DNA of 25,504 nucleotides, from NCBI GenBank assembly GCA_002189035.1, contig NEEC01000448.1:1-25504 (forward strand), in the 5' to 3' direction. Below the pieces are notes generated by a model, which was not told the origin of the DNA, made no database searches, and saw nothing but the letters and a program-made list of their open reading frames with translations. The position numbers were made by a program, and so were the translations under genes. This DNA is from Utricularia gibba. Taxonomy: Eukaryota > Plantae > Magnoliophyta. This document shows positions 9,539-23,437 of the stretch, piece by piece. Each line of letters starts with the position of its first letter. The stretch's first letter is position 1.

Positions 9539-11434
9539 AAAAATATTTTTTTTGTCATTGTAGAAAGCTCATCACGCCACGCACACCACCCTGGAGAGGT
9601 TTCAACAGCTGTTATGAACTCACAACCCCTTGCTCAGCAGATTCAGTAAAATTCTCTAACACTTGGGCTTCCAACGGATCATATCCCATATTCATTCATA
9701 CGAAATGTGCAGAATAATGTGACTTTGAGTTTGAACTAGATAGTAGGACGCTGATCGAAGAATGGCCCATCGAGTCTCTAAAATTGGCCGTCCTCGCTCA
9801 ACAAATGTGGGTGCACGTGACATCCCAATTTCAACAAATGCATCATGATTTTCGTCGAGTGGCCCATGAGCCCGTCCGAACCCGGCCCGGGCCAAGGGCC
9901 CCTCGAGAGCGCCCGCCTCAATACGAGGAGGTGTTCCTTCAAAAACCATATACGCGTCTCGTCACAACCCAACGTTAATAAATGCATCACTTTTTTTGGC
10001 GCGCTACTGCTGACTTTGGGCCTGAGTTCGGCACGACCTCCGGCTCGATCAGGGTGCCCCACCGAGAGCTCCTCCTTAAGTATAAAGTGTGTTGTTGAAA
10101 AAAACCGTGTGCGGTTCTCGTGACATCCTAACTTCAACAAATGCATCACGATTTTCGTCGAGTCGGACGGGACCGGCTCCCGGGGCCCGGACGAGGCGCA
10201 GCGCCCGCTCCCCCCCCCCAAAACTAGAAGGTGTTCCATGGAAAACCATTTAGGCGGCTCGTGACAACCCAAAGTTAATAAATGCATCACTTTCTTTGCC
10301 GGGCTACAATGACTTTACGCTCGAGCCTGGTACGACGTATGGGAAGATTCGAGTGCCCCCCGAGAGCGTCTCCACAAGTATAAAGCGTGTTGTTGAAAAA
10401 ACCGTGTTGGGTGCACGTGACATCCTAATTTCAACAAATGTGTCACGATTTTCGCCGAGTGGGACCAGAGTGGGCTCATCAGCCAGACCGAACCCGGGCC
10501 CAAGCCAAGGGCCCCTCGAGAGCGCCCCCCCACAAAACTAGATGGTGTTCCACGAAAAAAAATTAGGCGGCTCGTGATAACCCAACGCTAAGAAATGCAT
10601 CCCTTTTTTCGCCGGGCTAAAACTGACTTTGGGCTCATGCCCGGCGCGACCCCCAGCCCGTGTGCATACGCAGCAGCACCACGAGGCCACATGGGCTTTT
10701 AATGCCCGCGTGCTCGAGCAGCAGCCACAAGGCCATACGGCCGTGGAAAAAAAGAAAACAACCATAAAATACAATAAGCCAAAAATAAAAAATAAAATTG
10801 ATAAACCCTTGGTTCGGTTCGGCCCAATCAAAACCCGTAGGTTTAACCCGTTCGGGTTGAACAGAAAGACAACCCCATGGGTCATGCAAACTGTAATACC
10901 CAGAATTTCATCGGGTTGGGTCCGAACCTGAATGGATCCAACCCAGCCCATCTCTAATCATAATCATATGATATAGGTTTATTAAATTATAAATAATTGA
11001 AATACATTATTTATAAACCGTAGGATAACTGTGAAAGCTTCTTTGACTTAATTATTACCATTTGATCCTCAGTTGTACTTTGGATGGAGTGTGTATTTTA
11101 CTTTAGTCAATTTAATTAGCATTCGATCCTTGGTTATGATTCAGATCATATTTGCTATTTTTTTACTTTAAATATTTTTATTATCATTCGATCCTTAAGT
11201 ATAATGCGGATCGAGCGCGTATTTTTTATTTTAATATTTTTTATTAGCATTCGAACGTTAGGTATGCTGCGGATCGAGCGTATTTTTTCACTCTCATATT
11301 TTTATTAGCCTTAGATCCTTAGGTATACTTTGGATCGAGTGCATATTCATTTATTTTAAATCTTAATTAGCGTTCCACCGTTAGGAGCAATTTAGAACGT
11401 GTATACATTACAATGCCATGCCACACGGGCGTGG
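9131..11434. mobile_element. Putative foldback/Mutator-like element, full copy 4
   Basis: Same architecture; next spacer 11435-11446. Confidence 0.5.
9807..10660. repeat. GC-rich six-monomer block, copy 5
   Basis: Same a/b cores. Confidence 0.9.
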
Positions 11435-11854
11435 TTTACGCACAACCCACGCCCGTGTGCCCTTGCAATGTAAACACGCTCCACATTGCTCCTAAGGATC
11501 GAGCGTTAACACAAGTTTCAAGTAAACCATCTCCACTCGATCCGAATCATGTCTAAAGACCGAAAGCCAATAAAAATATTAAAATAAAAAATATACGCTC
11601 GATCCGCATCATATCTTAGAATCGAATGCAAATAGAATCGTTCAAATAAAAAATATACACTCGATTGGAATCTAACCAAGGATCGAATGCTAATTAAAAT
11701 GATTAAAATAAAAATGCACACTCCATCCAAAGTATAACTAAGGGTCGAATGCTAATAAAATTAAAAACTAAGAAACTTTCACATGTAGTATATGCTTTAA
11801 TAACTAACGTATTTACATTATTTATATTTTAATAAACATATATCACATGATTAT
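10960..11854. repeat. Long imperfect inverted repeat, copy 5
   Basis: Same boundaries. Confidence 0.9.
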
Positions 11855-13729
11855 AAAAATATTTTTTTTGTCATTGTAGAAAGCTCATCACGCCACGCAC
11901 ACCACCCTGGAGAGGTTTCAACAGCTGTTATGAACTCACAACCCCTTGCTCAGCAGATTCAGTAAAATTCTCTAACACTTGGGCTTCCAACGGATCATAT
12001 CCCATATTCATTCATACGAAATTGTGCAAGAATAATGTGACTTTGAGTTTGAACTAGATAGTAGGACGCTGATCGAAGAATGGCCCATCGAGTCTCTAAA
12101 ATTGGCCGTCCTCGCTCAACAAATGTGGGGTGCACGTGACATCCCAATTTCAACAAATGCATCATGATTTTCGTCGAGTGGGCCCATGAGCCCGTCCGAA
12201 CCCGGGCCCGGCCAAGGGCCCCTCGAGAGCGCCCCGCCTCAATACGAGGAGGTGTTCCTTCAAAAACCATATACGCGTCTCGTCACAACCCAACGTTAAT
12301 AAATGCATCACTTTTTTGGCGCGCTACTGCTGACTTTGGCCTGAGTTCGGCACGACCTCCGCTCGATCAGGGTGCCCCACCGAGAGCTCCTCCTTAAGTA
12401 AAGTGTGTTGTTGAAAAAAACCGTGTGCGGTTCTCGTGACATCCTAACTTCAACAAATGCATCACGATTTTCGTCGAGTCGGACGGGACCGGGCTCCCGG
12501 GCCCGGACGAGGCGCAGCGCCCGCTCCCCTCCCCCCAAAACTAGAAGGTGTTCCATGGAAAACCATTTAGGCGGCTCGTGACAACCCAAAGTTAATAAAT
12601 GCATCACTTTCTTTGCCGGGCTACAATGACTTTACGCTCGAGCCTGGTACGACGTATGGAAGATTCGAGTGCCCCCCGAGAGCGTCTCCACAAGTATAAA
12701 GCGTGTTGTTGAAAAACCGTGTTGGGTGCACGTGACATCCTAATTTCAACAAATGTGTCACGATTTTCGCCGAGTGGGACCAGAGTGGCTCATCAGCCAG
12801 ACCGAACCCGGGCCCAAGCCAAGGCCCCTCGAGAGCGCCCCCCCACAAAACTAGATGGTGTTCCACGAAAAAAAAATTAGGCGGCTCGTGATAACCCAAC
12901 GCTAGAAATGCATCCCTTTTTTCGCCGGGCTAAAACTGACTTTGGGCTCATGCCCGGCGCGACCCCCAGCCCGTGTGCATACGCAGCAGCACCACGAGGC
13001 CACATGGCTTGGTTAATGCCCGCGTGCTCGAGCAGCAGCCACAAGGCCATACGGCCGTGGAAAAAAAGAAAACAACCATAAAATACAATAAGCCAAAAAT
13101 AAAAAATAAAATTGATAAACCCTTGGTTCGGTTCGGCCCAATCAAAACCCGTAGGGTTTAACCCGTTCGGGTTGAACAGAAAGACAACCCCATGGGTCAT
13201 GCAAACTGTAATACCCAGAATTTCATCGGGTTGGGTCCGAACCTGAATGGATCCAACCCAGGCCCATCTCTAATCATAATCATATGATATAGGTTTATTA
13301 AATTATAAATAATTGAAATACATTATTTTATTAAACCGTAGGATAACTGTGAAAGCTTCTTTGACTTAATTATTACCATTTGATCCTCAGTTGTACTTTG
13401 GATGGAGTGTGTATTTTTACTTTAGTCAATTTAATTAGCATTCGATCCTTGGTTATGATTCAGATCATATTTGCTATTTTTTACTTTAAATTTTTATTAT
13501 CATTCGATCCTTAAGTATAATTTCGACGATTTTTATTTAATATTTATTTTTCGTTTAGTATGCTGCGGATCGAGCGTATATTTTTCACTCTCATATTTTT
13601 ATTTAGCCTTAATCCTTAGGTATACTTTGGATCGAGTGCATATTCATTTATTTTAAATCTTAATTAGCGTTCCACCGTTAGGAGCAATTAGAACGTGTAT
13701 ACATTACAATGCCATGCCACACGGCGTGG
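11447..13729. mobile_element. Putative foldback/Mutator-like element, full copy 5
   Basis: Same architecture; contains a garbled patch near 13521-13560; next spacer 13730-13741. Confidence 0.5.
12125..12973. repeat. GC-rich six-monomer block, copy 6
   Basis: Same a/b cores. Confidence 0.9.
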
Positions 13730-14148
13730 TTTACGCACAACCCACGCCCGTGTGCCCTTGCAATGTAAACACGCTCCACATTGCTCCTAAGGATCGAGCG
13801 TTAACACAAGTTTCAAGTAAACCATCTCCACTCGATCCGAATCATGTCTAAAGACCGAAAGCCAATAAAAATATTAAAATAAAAAATATACGCTCGATCC
13901 GCATCATATCTTAGAATCGAATGCAAATAGAATCGTTCAAATAAAAAATATACACTCGATTGAATCTTAACCAAGGATCGAATGCTAATTAAAATGATTA
14001 AAATAAAAATGCACACTCCATCCAAAGTATAACTAAGGTCGAATGCTAATAAAATTAAAAACTAAGAAACTTTCACATGTAGTATATGCTTTAATAACTA
14101 ACGTATTTACATTATTTATATTTTAATAAACATATATCACATGATTAT
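13276..14148. repeat. Long imperfect inverted repeat, copy 6
   Basis: Same boundaries; includes the degraded patch. Confidence 0.88.
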
Positions 14149-16053
14149 AAAAATATTTTTTTTGTCATTGTAGAAAGCTCATCACGCCACGCACACCACC
14201 CTGGAGAGGTTTCAACAGCTGTTATGAACTCACAACCCCTTGCTCAGCAGATTCAGTAAAATTCTCTAACACTTGGGCTTCCAACGGATCATATCCCATA
14301 TTCATTCATACGAAATTGTGCAAGAATAATGTGACTTTGAGTTTGAACTAGATAGTAGGACGCTGATCGAAGAATGGCCCATCGAGTCTCTAAAATTGGC
14401 CGTCCTCGCTCAACAAATGTGGGGTGCACGTGACATCCCAATTTCAACAAATGCATCATGATTTTCGTCGAGTGGGCCCATGAGCCCGTCCGAACCCGGG
14501 GCCCGGGCCAAGGGCCCCTCGAGAGCGCCCGCCTCAATACGAGGAGGTGTTCCTTCAAAAACCATATACGCGTCTCGTCACAACCCAACGTTAATAAATG
14601 CATCACTTTTTTGGCGCGCTACTGCTGACTTTGGGCCTGAGTTCGGCACGACCTCCGGCTCGATCAGGGTGCCCCACCGAGAGCTCCTCCTTAAGTATAA
14701 AGTGTGTTGTTGAAAAAAACCGGTGCGGTTCTCGTGACATCCTAACTTCAACAAATGCATCACGATTTTCGTCGAGTCGGACGGACCGGGCTCCCGGGGC
14801 CCGGACGAGGCGCAGCGCCCGCTCCCCTCCCCCCCAAAACTAGAAGGTGTTCCATGGAAAACCATTTAGGCGGCTCGTGACAACCCAAAGTTAATAAATG
14901 CATCACTTTCTTTGCCGGGCTACAATGACTTTACGCTCGAGCCTGGTACGACGTATGGGAAGATTCGAGTGCCCCCCGAGAGCGTCTCCACAAGTATAAA
15001 GCGTGTTGTTGAAAAAACCGTTGGGTGCACGTGACATCCTAATTTCAACAAATGTGTCACGATTTTCGCCGAGTGGGACCAGAGTGGGCTCATCAGCCAG
15101 ACCGAACCCGGGCCCAAGCCAAGGGCCCCTCGAGAGCGCCCCCCACAAAACTAGATGGTGTTCCACGAAAAAAAATTAGGCGGCTCGTGATAACCCAACG
15201 CTAAGAAATGCATCCCTTTTTTCGCCGGGCTAAAACTGACTTTGGGCTCATGCCCGGCGCGACCCCCAGCCCGTGTGCATACGCAGCAGCACCACGAGCC
15301 ACATGGGCTTGGTTAATGCCCGCGTGCTCGAGCAGCAGCCACAAGGCCATACGGCCGTGGAAAAAAAGAAAAACAACCATAAAATACAATAAGCCAAAAA
15401 TAAAAAATAAAATTGATAAACCCTTGGTTCGGTTCGGGCCCAATCAAAACCCGTAGGGTTTAACCCGTTCGGGTTGAACAGAAAGACAACCCCATGGGTC
15501 ATGCAAACTGTAATACCCAGAATTTCATCGGGTTGGGTCCGAACCTGAATGGATCCAACCCAGGCCCATCTCTAATCATAATCATATGATATAGGTTTAT
15601 TAAATTATAAATAATTGAAATACATTATTTATTAAACCGTAGGATAACTGTGAAAGCTTCTTTGACTTAATTATTACCATTTGATCCTCAGTTGTACTTT
15701 GGATGGAGTGTGTTTTTACTTTAGTCAATTTAATTAGCATTCGATCCTTGGTTATGATTCAGATCATATTTGCTATTTTTTTACTTTAAATATTTTTATT
15801 ATCATTCGATCCTTAAGTATAATGCGGATCGAGCGCGTATTTTTTATTTTAATATTTTTTATTAGCATTCGAACGTTAGGTATGCTGCGGATCGAGCGTA
15901 TATTTTTCACTCTCATATTTTTATTAGCCTTAGATCCTTAGGTATACTTTGGATCGAGTGCATATTCATTTATTTTAAATCTTAATTAGCGTTCCACCGT
16001 TAGGAGCAATTTAGAACGTGTATACATTACAATGCCATGCCACACGGGCGTGG
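13742..16053. mobile_element. Putative foldback/Mutator-like element, full copy 6
   Basis: Same architecture; next spacer 16054-16065. Confidence 0.5.
14419..15273. repeat. GC-rich six-monomer block, copy 7
   Basis: Same a/b cores. Confidence 0.9.
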
Positions 16054-16473
16054 TTTACGCACAACCCACGCCCGTGCCCTTGCAATGTAAACACGCTCCA
16101 CATTGCTCCTAAGGATCGAGCGTTAACACAAGTTTCAAGTAAACCATCTCCACTCGATCCGAATCATGTCTAAAGACCGAAAGCCAATAAAAATATTAAA
16201 ATAAAAAATATACGCTCGATCCGCATCATATCTTAGAATCGAATGCAAATAGAATCGTTCAAATAAAAAATATACACTCGATTGGAATCTTAACCAAGGA
16301 TCGAATGCTAATTAAAATGATTAAAATAAAAATGCACACTCCATCCAAAGTATAACTAAGGGTCGAATGCTAATAAAATTAAAAAACTAAGAAACTTTCA
16401 CATGTAGTATATGCTTTAATAACTAACGTATTTACATTATTTATATTTTAATAAACATATATCACATGATTAT
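15578..16473. repeat. Long imperfect inverted repeat, copy 7
   Basis: Same boundaries. Confidence 0.9.
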
Positions 16474-18372
16474 AAAAATATTTTTTTTGTCATTGTAGAA
16501 AGCTCATCACGCCACGCACACCACCCTGGAGAGGTTTCAACAGCTGTTATGAACTCACAACCCCTTGCTCAGCAGATTCAGTAAAATTCTCTAACACTTG
16601 GCTTCCAACGGATCATATCCCATATTCATTCATACGAAATTGTGCAAGAATAATGTGACTTTGAGTTTGAACTAGATAGTAGGACGCTGATCGAAGAATG
16701 GCCCATCGAGTCTCTAAAATTGGCCGTCCTCGCTCAACAAATGTGGGTGCACGTGACATCCCAATTTCAACAAATGCATCATGATTTTCGTCGAGTGGGC
16801 CCATGAGCCCGTCCGAACCCGGGCCCGGCCAAGGGCCCCTCGAGAGCGCCCGCCTCAATACGAGGAGGTGTTCCTTCAAAAACCATATACGCGTCTCGTC
16901 ACAACCCAACGTTAATAAATGCATCACTTTTTTTGGCGCGCTACTGCTGACTTTGGGCCTGAGTTCGGCACGACCTCCGGCTCGATCAGGTGCCCCACCG
17001 AGAGCTCCTCCTTAAGTATAAAGTGTGTTGTTGAAAAAAACCGTGTGCGGTTCTCGTGACATCCTAACTTCAACAAATGCATCACGATTTTCGTCGAGTC
17101 GGACGGGACCGGGCTCCCGGGGCCCGGACGAGGCGCAGCGCCCGCTCCCCTCCCCCCAAAACTAGAAGGTTTCCATGGAAAACCATTTAGGCGGCTCGTG
17201 ACAACCCAAAGTTAATAAATGCATCACTTTCTTTGCCGGGCTACAATGACTTTACGCTCGAGCCTGGTACGACGTATGGGAAGATTCGAGTGCCCCCCGA
17301 GAGCGTCTCCACAAGTATAAAGCGTGTTGTTGAAAAAACCGTGTTGGGTGCACGTGACATCCTAATTTCAACAAATGTGTCACGATTTTCGCCGAGTGGG
17401 ACCAGAGTGGGCTCATCAGCCAGACCGAACCCGGGCCCAAGCCAAGGGCCCCTCGAGAGCGCCCCCACAAAACTAGATGGTGTTCCACGAAAAAAAATTA
17501 GGCGGCTCGTGATAACCCAACGCTAAGAAATGCATCCCTTTTTTCGCCGGGCTAAAACTGACTTTGGGCTCATGCCCGGCGCGACCCCCAGCCCGTGTGC
17601 ATACGCAGCAGCACCACGAGGCCACATGGCTTGGTTAATGCCCGCGTGCTCGAGCAGCAGCCACAAGGCCATACGGCCGTGGAAAAAAAGAAAAACAACC
17701 ATAAAATACAATAAGCCAAAAATAAAAAATAAAATTTAAAACCTTGGTTCGGTTCGGCCCAATCAAAACCCGTAGGGTTTAACCCGTTCGGGTGAACAGA
17801 AAGACAACCCCATGGGTCATGCAAACTGTAATACCCAGAATTTCATCGGGTTGGGTCCGAACCTGAATGGATCCAACCCAGGCCCATCTCTAATCATAAT
17901 CATATGATATAGGTTTATTAAATTATAAATAATTGAAATACATTATTTATTAAACCGTAGGATAACTGTGAAAGCTTCTTTGACTTAATTATTACCATTT
18001 GATCCTCAGTTGTACTTTGGATGGAGTGTGTATTTTTACTTTAGTCAATTTAATTAGCATTCGATCCTTGGTTATGATTCAGATCATATTTGCTATTTTT
18101 TTACTTTAAAATATTTTTATTATCATTCGATCCTTAAGTATAATGCGGATCGAGCGCGTATTTTTTATTTTAATATTTTATTAGCATTCGAACGTTAGGT
18201 ATGCTGCGGATCGAGCGTATATTTTTCACTCTCATATTTTTATTAGCCTTAGATCCTTAGGTATACTTTGGATCGAGTGCATATTCATTTATTTTAAATC
18301 TTAATTAGCGTTCCACCGTTAGGAGCAATTTAGAACGTGTATACATTACAATGCCATGCCACACGGGCGTGG
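16066..18372. mobile_element. Putative foldback/Mutator-like element, full copy 7
   Basis: Same architecture; next spacer 18373-18384. Confidence 0.5.
16743..17595. repeat. GC-rich six-monomer block, copy 8
   Basis: Same a/b cores. Confidence 0.9.
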
Positions 18373-18791
18373 TTTACGCACAACCCACGCCCGTGTGCCC
18401 TTGCAATGTAAACACGCTCCACATTGCTCCTAAGGATCGAGCGTTAACACAAGTTTCAAGTAAACCATCTCCACTCGATCCGAATCATGTCTAAAGACCG
18501 AAAGCCAATAAAAATATTAAAATAAAAAATATACGCTCGATCCGCATCATATCTTAGAATCGAATGCAAATAGAATCGTTCAAATAAAAAATATACACTC
18601 GATTGGAATCTTAACCAAGGATCGAATGCTAATTAAAATGATTAAAATAAAAATGCACACTCCATCCAAAGTATAACTAAGGTCGAATGCTAATAAAATT
18701 AAAAACTAAGAAACTTTCACATGTAGTATATGCTTTAATAACTAACGTATTTACATTATTTATATTTTAAAAACATATATCACATGATTAT
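17896..18791. repeat. Long imperfect inverted repeat, copy 8
   Basis: Same boundaries. Confidence 0.9.
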
Positions 18792-20692
18792 AAAAATATT
18801 TTTTTGTCATTGTAGAAAGCTCATCACGCCACGCACACCACCCTGGAGAGGTTTCAACAGCTGTTATGAACTCACAACCCTTGCTCAGCAGATTCAGTAA
18901 AAATTCTCTAACACTTGGGCTTCCAACGGATCATATCCCATATTCATTCATACGAAATTGTGCAAGAATAATGTGACTTTGAGTTTGAACTAGATAGTAG
19001 GACGCTGATCGAAGAATGGCCCATCGAGTCTCTAAAATTGGCCGTCCTCGCTCAACAAATGTGGGGTGCACGTGACATCCCAATTTCAACAAATGCATCA
19101 TGATTTTCGTCGAGTGGGCCCATGAGCCCGTCCGAACCCGGGGCCCGGGCCAAGGCCCCTCGAGAGCGCCCGCCTCAATACGAGGAGGTGTTCCTTCAAA
19201 AACCATATACGCGTCTCGTCACAACCCAACGTTAATAAATGCATCACTTTTTTTGGCGCGCTACTGCTGACTTTGGGCCTGAGTTCGGCACGACCTCCGG
19301 CCCGATCAGGGTGCCCCACCGAGAGCTCCTCCTTAAGTATAAAGTGTGTTGTTGAAAAAAACCGTGTGCGGTTCTCGTGACATCCTAACTTCAACAAATG
19401 CATCACGATTTTCGTCGAGTCGGACGGGACCGGGCTCCCGGGGCCCGGACGAGGCGCAGCGCCCGCTCCCCTCCCCCCCAAAACTAGAAGGTGTTCCATG
19501 GAAAACCATTTAGGCGGCTCGTGACAACCCAAAGTTAATAAATGCATCACTTTCTTTGCCGGGCTACAATGACTTTACGCTCGAGCCTGGTACGACGTAT
19601 GGGAAGATTCGAGTGCCCCCCGAGAGCGTCTCCACAAGTATAAAGCGTGTTGTTGAAAAAACCGTGTTGGGTGCACGTGACATCCTAATTTCAACAAATG
19701 TGTCACGATTTTCGCCGAGTGGGACCAGAGTGGGCTCATCAGCCAGACCGAACCCGGGCCCAAGCCAAGGGCCCCTCGAGAGCCCCCCACAAAACTAGAT
19801 GGTGTTCCACGAAAAAAAATTAGGCGGCTCGTGATAACCCAACGCTAAGAAATGCATCCCTTTTTTCGCCGGGCTAAAACTGACTTTGGCTCATGCCCGG
19901 CGCGACCCCAGCCCGTGTGCATACGCAGCAGCACCACGAGGCCACATGGGCTTGGTTAATGCCCGCGTGCTCGAGCAGCAGCCACAAGGCCATACGGCCG
20001 TGGAAAAAAAGAAAAACAACCATAAAATACAATAAGCCAAAAATAAAAATAAAATTGATAAACCCTTGGTTCGGTTCGGCCCAATCAAAACCCGTAGGGT
20101 TTAACCCGTTCGGGTTGAACAGAAAGACAACCCCATGGGTCATGCAAACTGTAATACCCAGAATTTCATCGGGTTGGGTCCGAACCTGAATGGATCCAAC
20201 CCAGGCCCATCTCTAATCATAATCATATGATATAGGTTTATTAAATTATAAATAATTGAAATCATTATTTATTAAACCGTAGGATAACTGTGAAAGCTTC
20301 TTTGACTTAATTATTACCATTTGATCCTCAGTTGTACTTTGGATGGAGTGTGTATTTTTACTTTAGTCAATTTAATTAGCATTCGATCCTTGGTTATGAT
20401 TCAGATCATATTTGCTATTTTTTTACTTTAAATATTTTATTATCATTCGATCCTTAAGTATAATGCGGATCGAGCGCGTATTTTTTATTTTAATATTTTT
20501 TATTAGCATTCGAACGTTAGGTATGCTGCGGATCGAGCGTATATTTTCACTCTCATATTTTTATTAGCCTTAGATCCTTAGGTATACTTTGGATCGAGTG
20601 CATATTCATTTATTTTAAATCTTAATTAGCGTTCCACCGTTAGGAGCAATTTAGAACGTGTATACATTACAATGCCATGCCACACGGCGTGG
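18385..20692. mobile_element. Putative foldback/Mutator-like element, full copy 8
   Basis: Same architecture; next spacer 20693-20704. Confidence 0.5.
19061..19915. repeat. GC-rich six-monomer block, copy 9
   Basis: Same a/b cores. Confidence 0.9.
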
Positions 20693-21136
20693 TTTACGCA
20701 CAACCCACGCCCGTGTGCCCTTGCAATGTAAACACGCTCCACATTGCTCCTAAGGATCGAGCGTTAACACAAGTTTCAAGTAAACCATCTCCACTCGATC
20801 CGAATCATGTCTAAAGACCGAAAGCCAATAAAAATATTAAAATAAAAAATATACGCTCGATCCGCATCATATCTTAGAATCGAATGCAAATAGAATCGTT
20901 CAAATAAAAAAATACACTCGATTGGAATCTTAACCAAGGATCGAATGCTAATTAAAATGATTAAAATAAAAATGCACACTCCATCCAAAGTATAACTAAG
21001 GTCGAATGCTAATAAAATTAAAAACTAAGAATGCTAATAAAATTAAAAACTAAGAAACTTTCACATGTAGTATATGCTTTAATAACTAACGTATTTACAT
21101 TATTTATATTTTAATAAACATATATCACATGATTAT
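20219..21136. repeat. Long imperfect inverted repeat, copy 9
   Basis: Same boundaries; longer because of the 25-bp duplication. Confidence 0.9.
21004..21053. repeat. Copy-specific 25-bp tandem duplication
   Basis: GAATGCTAATAAAATTAAAAACTAA occurs twice here and once in every other copy. Confidence 0.9.
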
Positions 21137-21402
21137 AAAAATATTTTTTTTGTCATTGTAGAAAGCTCATCACGCCACGCACACCACCCTGGAGAGGTTT
21201 CAACAGCTGTTATGAACTCACAACCCCTTGCTCAGCAGATTCAGTAAAATTCTCTAACACTTGGGCTTCCAACGGATCATATCCCATATTCATTCATACG
21301 AAATTGTGCAAGAATAATGTGACTTTGAGTTTGAACTAGATAGTAGGACGCTGATCGAAGAATGGCCCATCGAGTCTCTAAAATTGCCGTCCTCGCTCAA
21401 AA

Positions 21403-22245
21403 CACGTGACATCCCAATTTCAACAAATGCATCATGATTTTTCGTCGAGTGGGCCCATGAGCCCGTCCGAACCCGGGGCCCGGGCCAAGGGCCCCTCGAG
21501 AGCGCCCGCCTCAATACGAGGAGGTGTTCCTTCAAAAACCATATACGCGTCTCGTCACAACCCAACGTTAATAAATGCATCACTTTTTTTGGCGCGCTAC
21601 TGCTGACTTTGGGCCTGAGTTCGGCACGACCTCCGGCTCGATCAGGGTGCCCCACCGAGAGCTCTCCTTAAGTATAAAGTGTGTTGTTGAAAAAAACCGT
21701 GTGCGGTTCTCGTGACATCCTAACTTCAACAAATGCATCACGATTTTCGTCGAGTCGGACGGGACCGGGCTCCCGGGGCCCGGACGAGGCGCAGCGCCCG
21801 CTCCCCTCCCCCCCAAACTAGAAGGTGTGGGAAAACCATTTAGGCGGCTCGTGACAACCCAAAGTTAATAAATGCATCACTTTCTTTGCCGGGCTACAAT
21901 GACTTTACGCTCGAGCCTGGTACGACGTATGGGAAGATTCGAGTGCCCCCCGAGAGCGTCTCCACAAGTATAAAGCGTGTTGTTGAAAAACCGTGTTGGG
22001 TGCACGTGACATCCTAATTTCAACAAATGTGTCACGATTTTCGCCGAGTGGGACCAGAGTGGGCTCATCAGCCAGACCGAACCCGGGGCCCAAGCCAAGG
22101 GCCCCTCGAGAGCGCCCCCCACAAAACTAGATGTGTTCCACGAAAAAAAATTAGGCGCTCGTGAAACCAACGCTAAGAAATGCATCCCTTTTTTCGCCGG
22201 GCTAAAACTGACTTTGGGCTCATGCCCGGCGCGACCCCCAGCCCG
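21403..22245. repeat. GC-rich six-monomer block, copy 10
   Basis: Same a/b cores; about 11 nt are missing just before the first core. Confidence 0.88.
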
Positions 22246-22545
22246 TGTGCATACGCAGCAGCACCACGAGGCCACATGGGCTTGGTTAATGCCCGCGTGC
22301 TCGAGCAGCAGCCACAAGGCCATACCGGGAAAAAAGAAAAACAACCATAAAATACAATAAGCCAAAAATAAAAAATAAAATTGATAAACCCTTGGTTCGG
22401 TTCGGGCCCAATCAAAACCCGTAGGGTTTAACCCGTTCGGGTTGAACAGAAAGACAACCCCATGGGTCATGCAAACTGTAATACCCAGAATTTCATCGGG
22501 TTGGGTCCGAACCTGAATGGATCCAACCCAGGCCCATCTCTAATC

Positions 22546-23437
22546 ATAATCATATGATATAGGTTTTTAAATTATAAATAATTGAAATACATTATTTATT
22601 AAACCGTAGGATAACTGTGAAAGCTTCTTTGACTTAATTATTACCATTTGATCCTCAGTTGTACTTTGGATGGAGTGTGTATTTTTACTTTAGTCAATTT
22701 AATTAGCATTCGATCCTTGGTTATGATTCAGATCATATTTGCTATTTTTTTACTTTAAATATTTTTATTATCATTCGATCCTTAAGTATAATGCGGATCG
22801 AGCGCGTATTTTTTATTTTAATATTTTTTATTAGCATTCGAACGTTAGGTATGCTGCGGATCGAGCGTATATTTTTCACTCTCATATTTTTATTAGCCTT
22901 AGATCCTTAGGTATACTTTGGATCGAGTGCATATTCATTTATTTTAAATCTTAATTAGCGTTCCACCGTTAGGAGCAATTTAGAACGTGTATACATTACA
23001 ATGCCATGCCACACGGGCGTGGTTTACGCACAACCCACGCCCGTGTGCCCTTGCAATGTAAACACGCTCCACATTGCTCCTAAGGATCGAGCGTTAACAC
23101 AAGTTTCAAGTAAACCATCTCCACTCGATCCGAATCATGTCTAAAGACCGAAAGCCAATAAAAATATTAAAATAAAAAATATACGCTCGATCCGCATCAT
23201 ATCTTAGAATCGAATGCAAATAGAATCGTTCAAATAAAAAATATACACTCGATTGGAATTAACCAAGGATCGAATGCTAATTAAAATGATTAAAATAAAA
23301 ACACACACTCCAAAGTATAACTAAGGGTCGAATGCTAATAAAATTAAAAACTAAGAAACTTTCACATGTAGTATATGCTTTAATAACTAACGTATTTACA
23401 TTATTTATATTTTAATAAACATATATCACATGATTAT
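22546..23437. repeat. Long imperfect inverted repeat, copy 10
   Basis: Same boundaries. Confidence 0.9.

Larger units (their letters stand above)
20705..23022. mobile_element. Putative foldback/Mutator-like element, full copy 9 (carries a 25-bp duplication)
   Basis: Same architecture; next spacer 23023-23034. Confidence 0.5.

Noticed and set aside
13521-13560. Divergent sequence in one copy (TTTCGACGATTTTTATTTAATATTTATTTTTCGTTTAGTA)
   Set aside because: It reads as the consensus with many scattered single-base drop-outs over ~40 nt, which is typical of a low-quality long-read patch rather than a biological variant.
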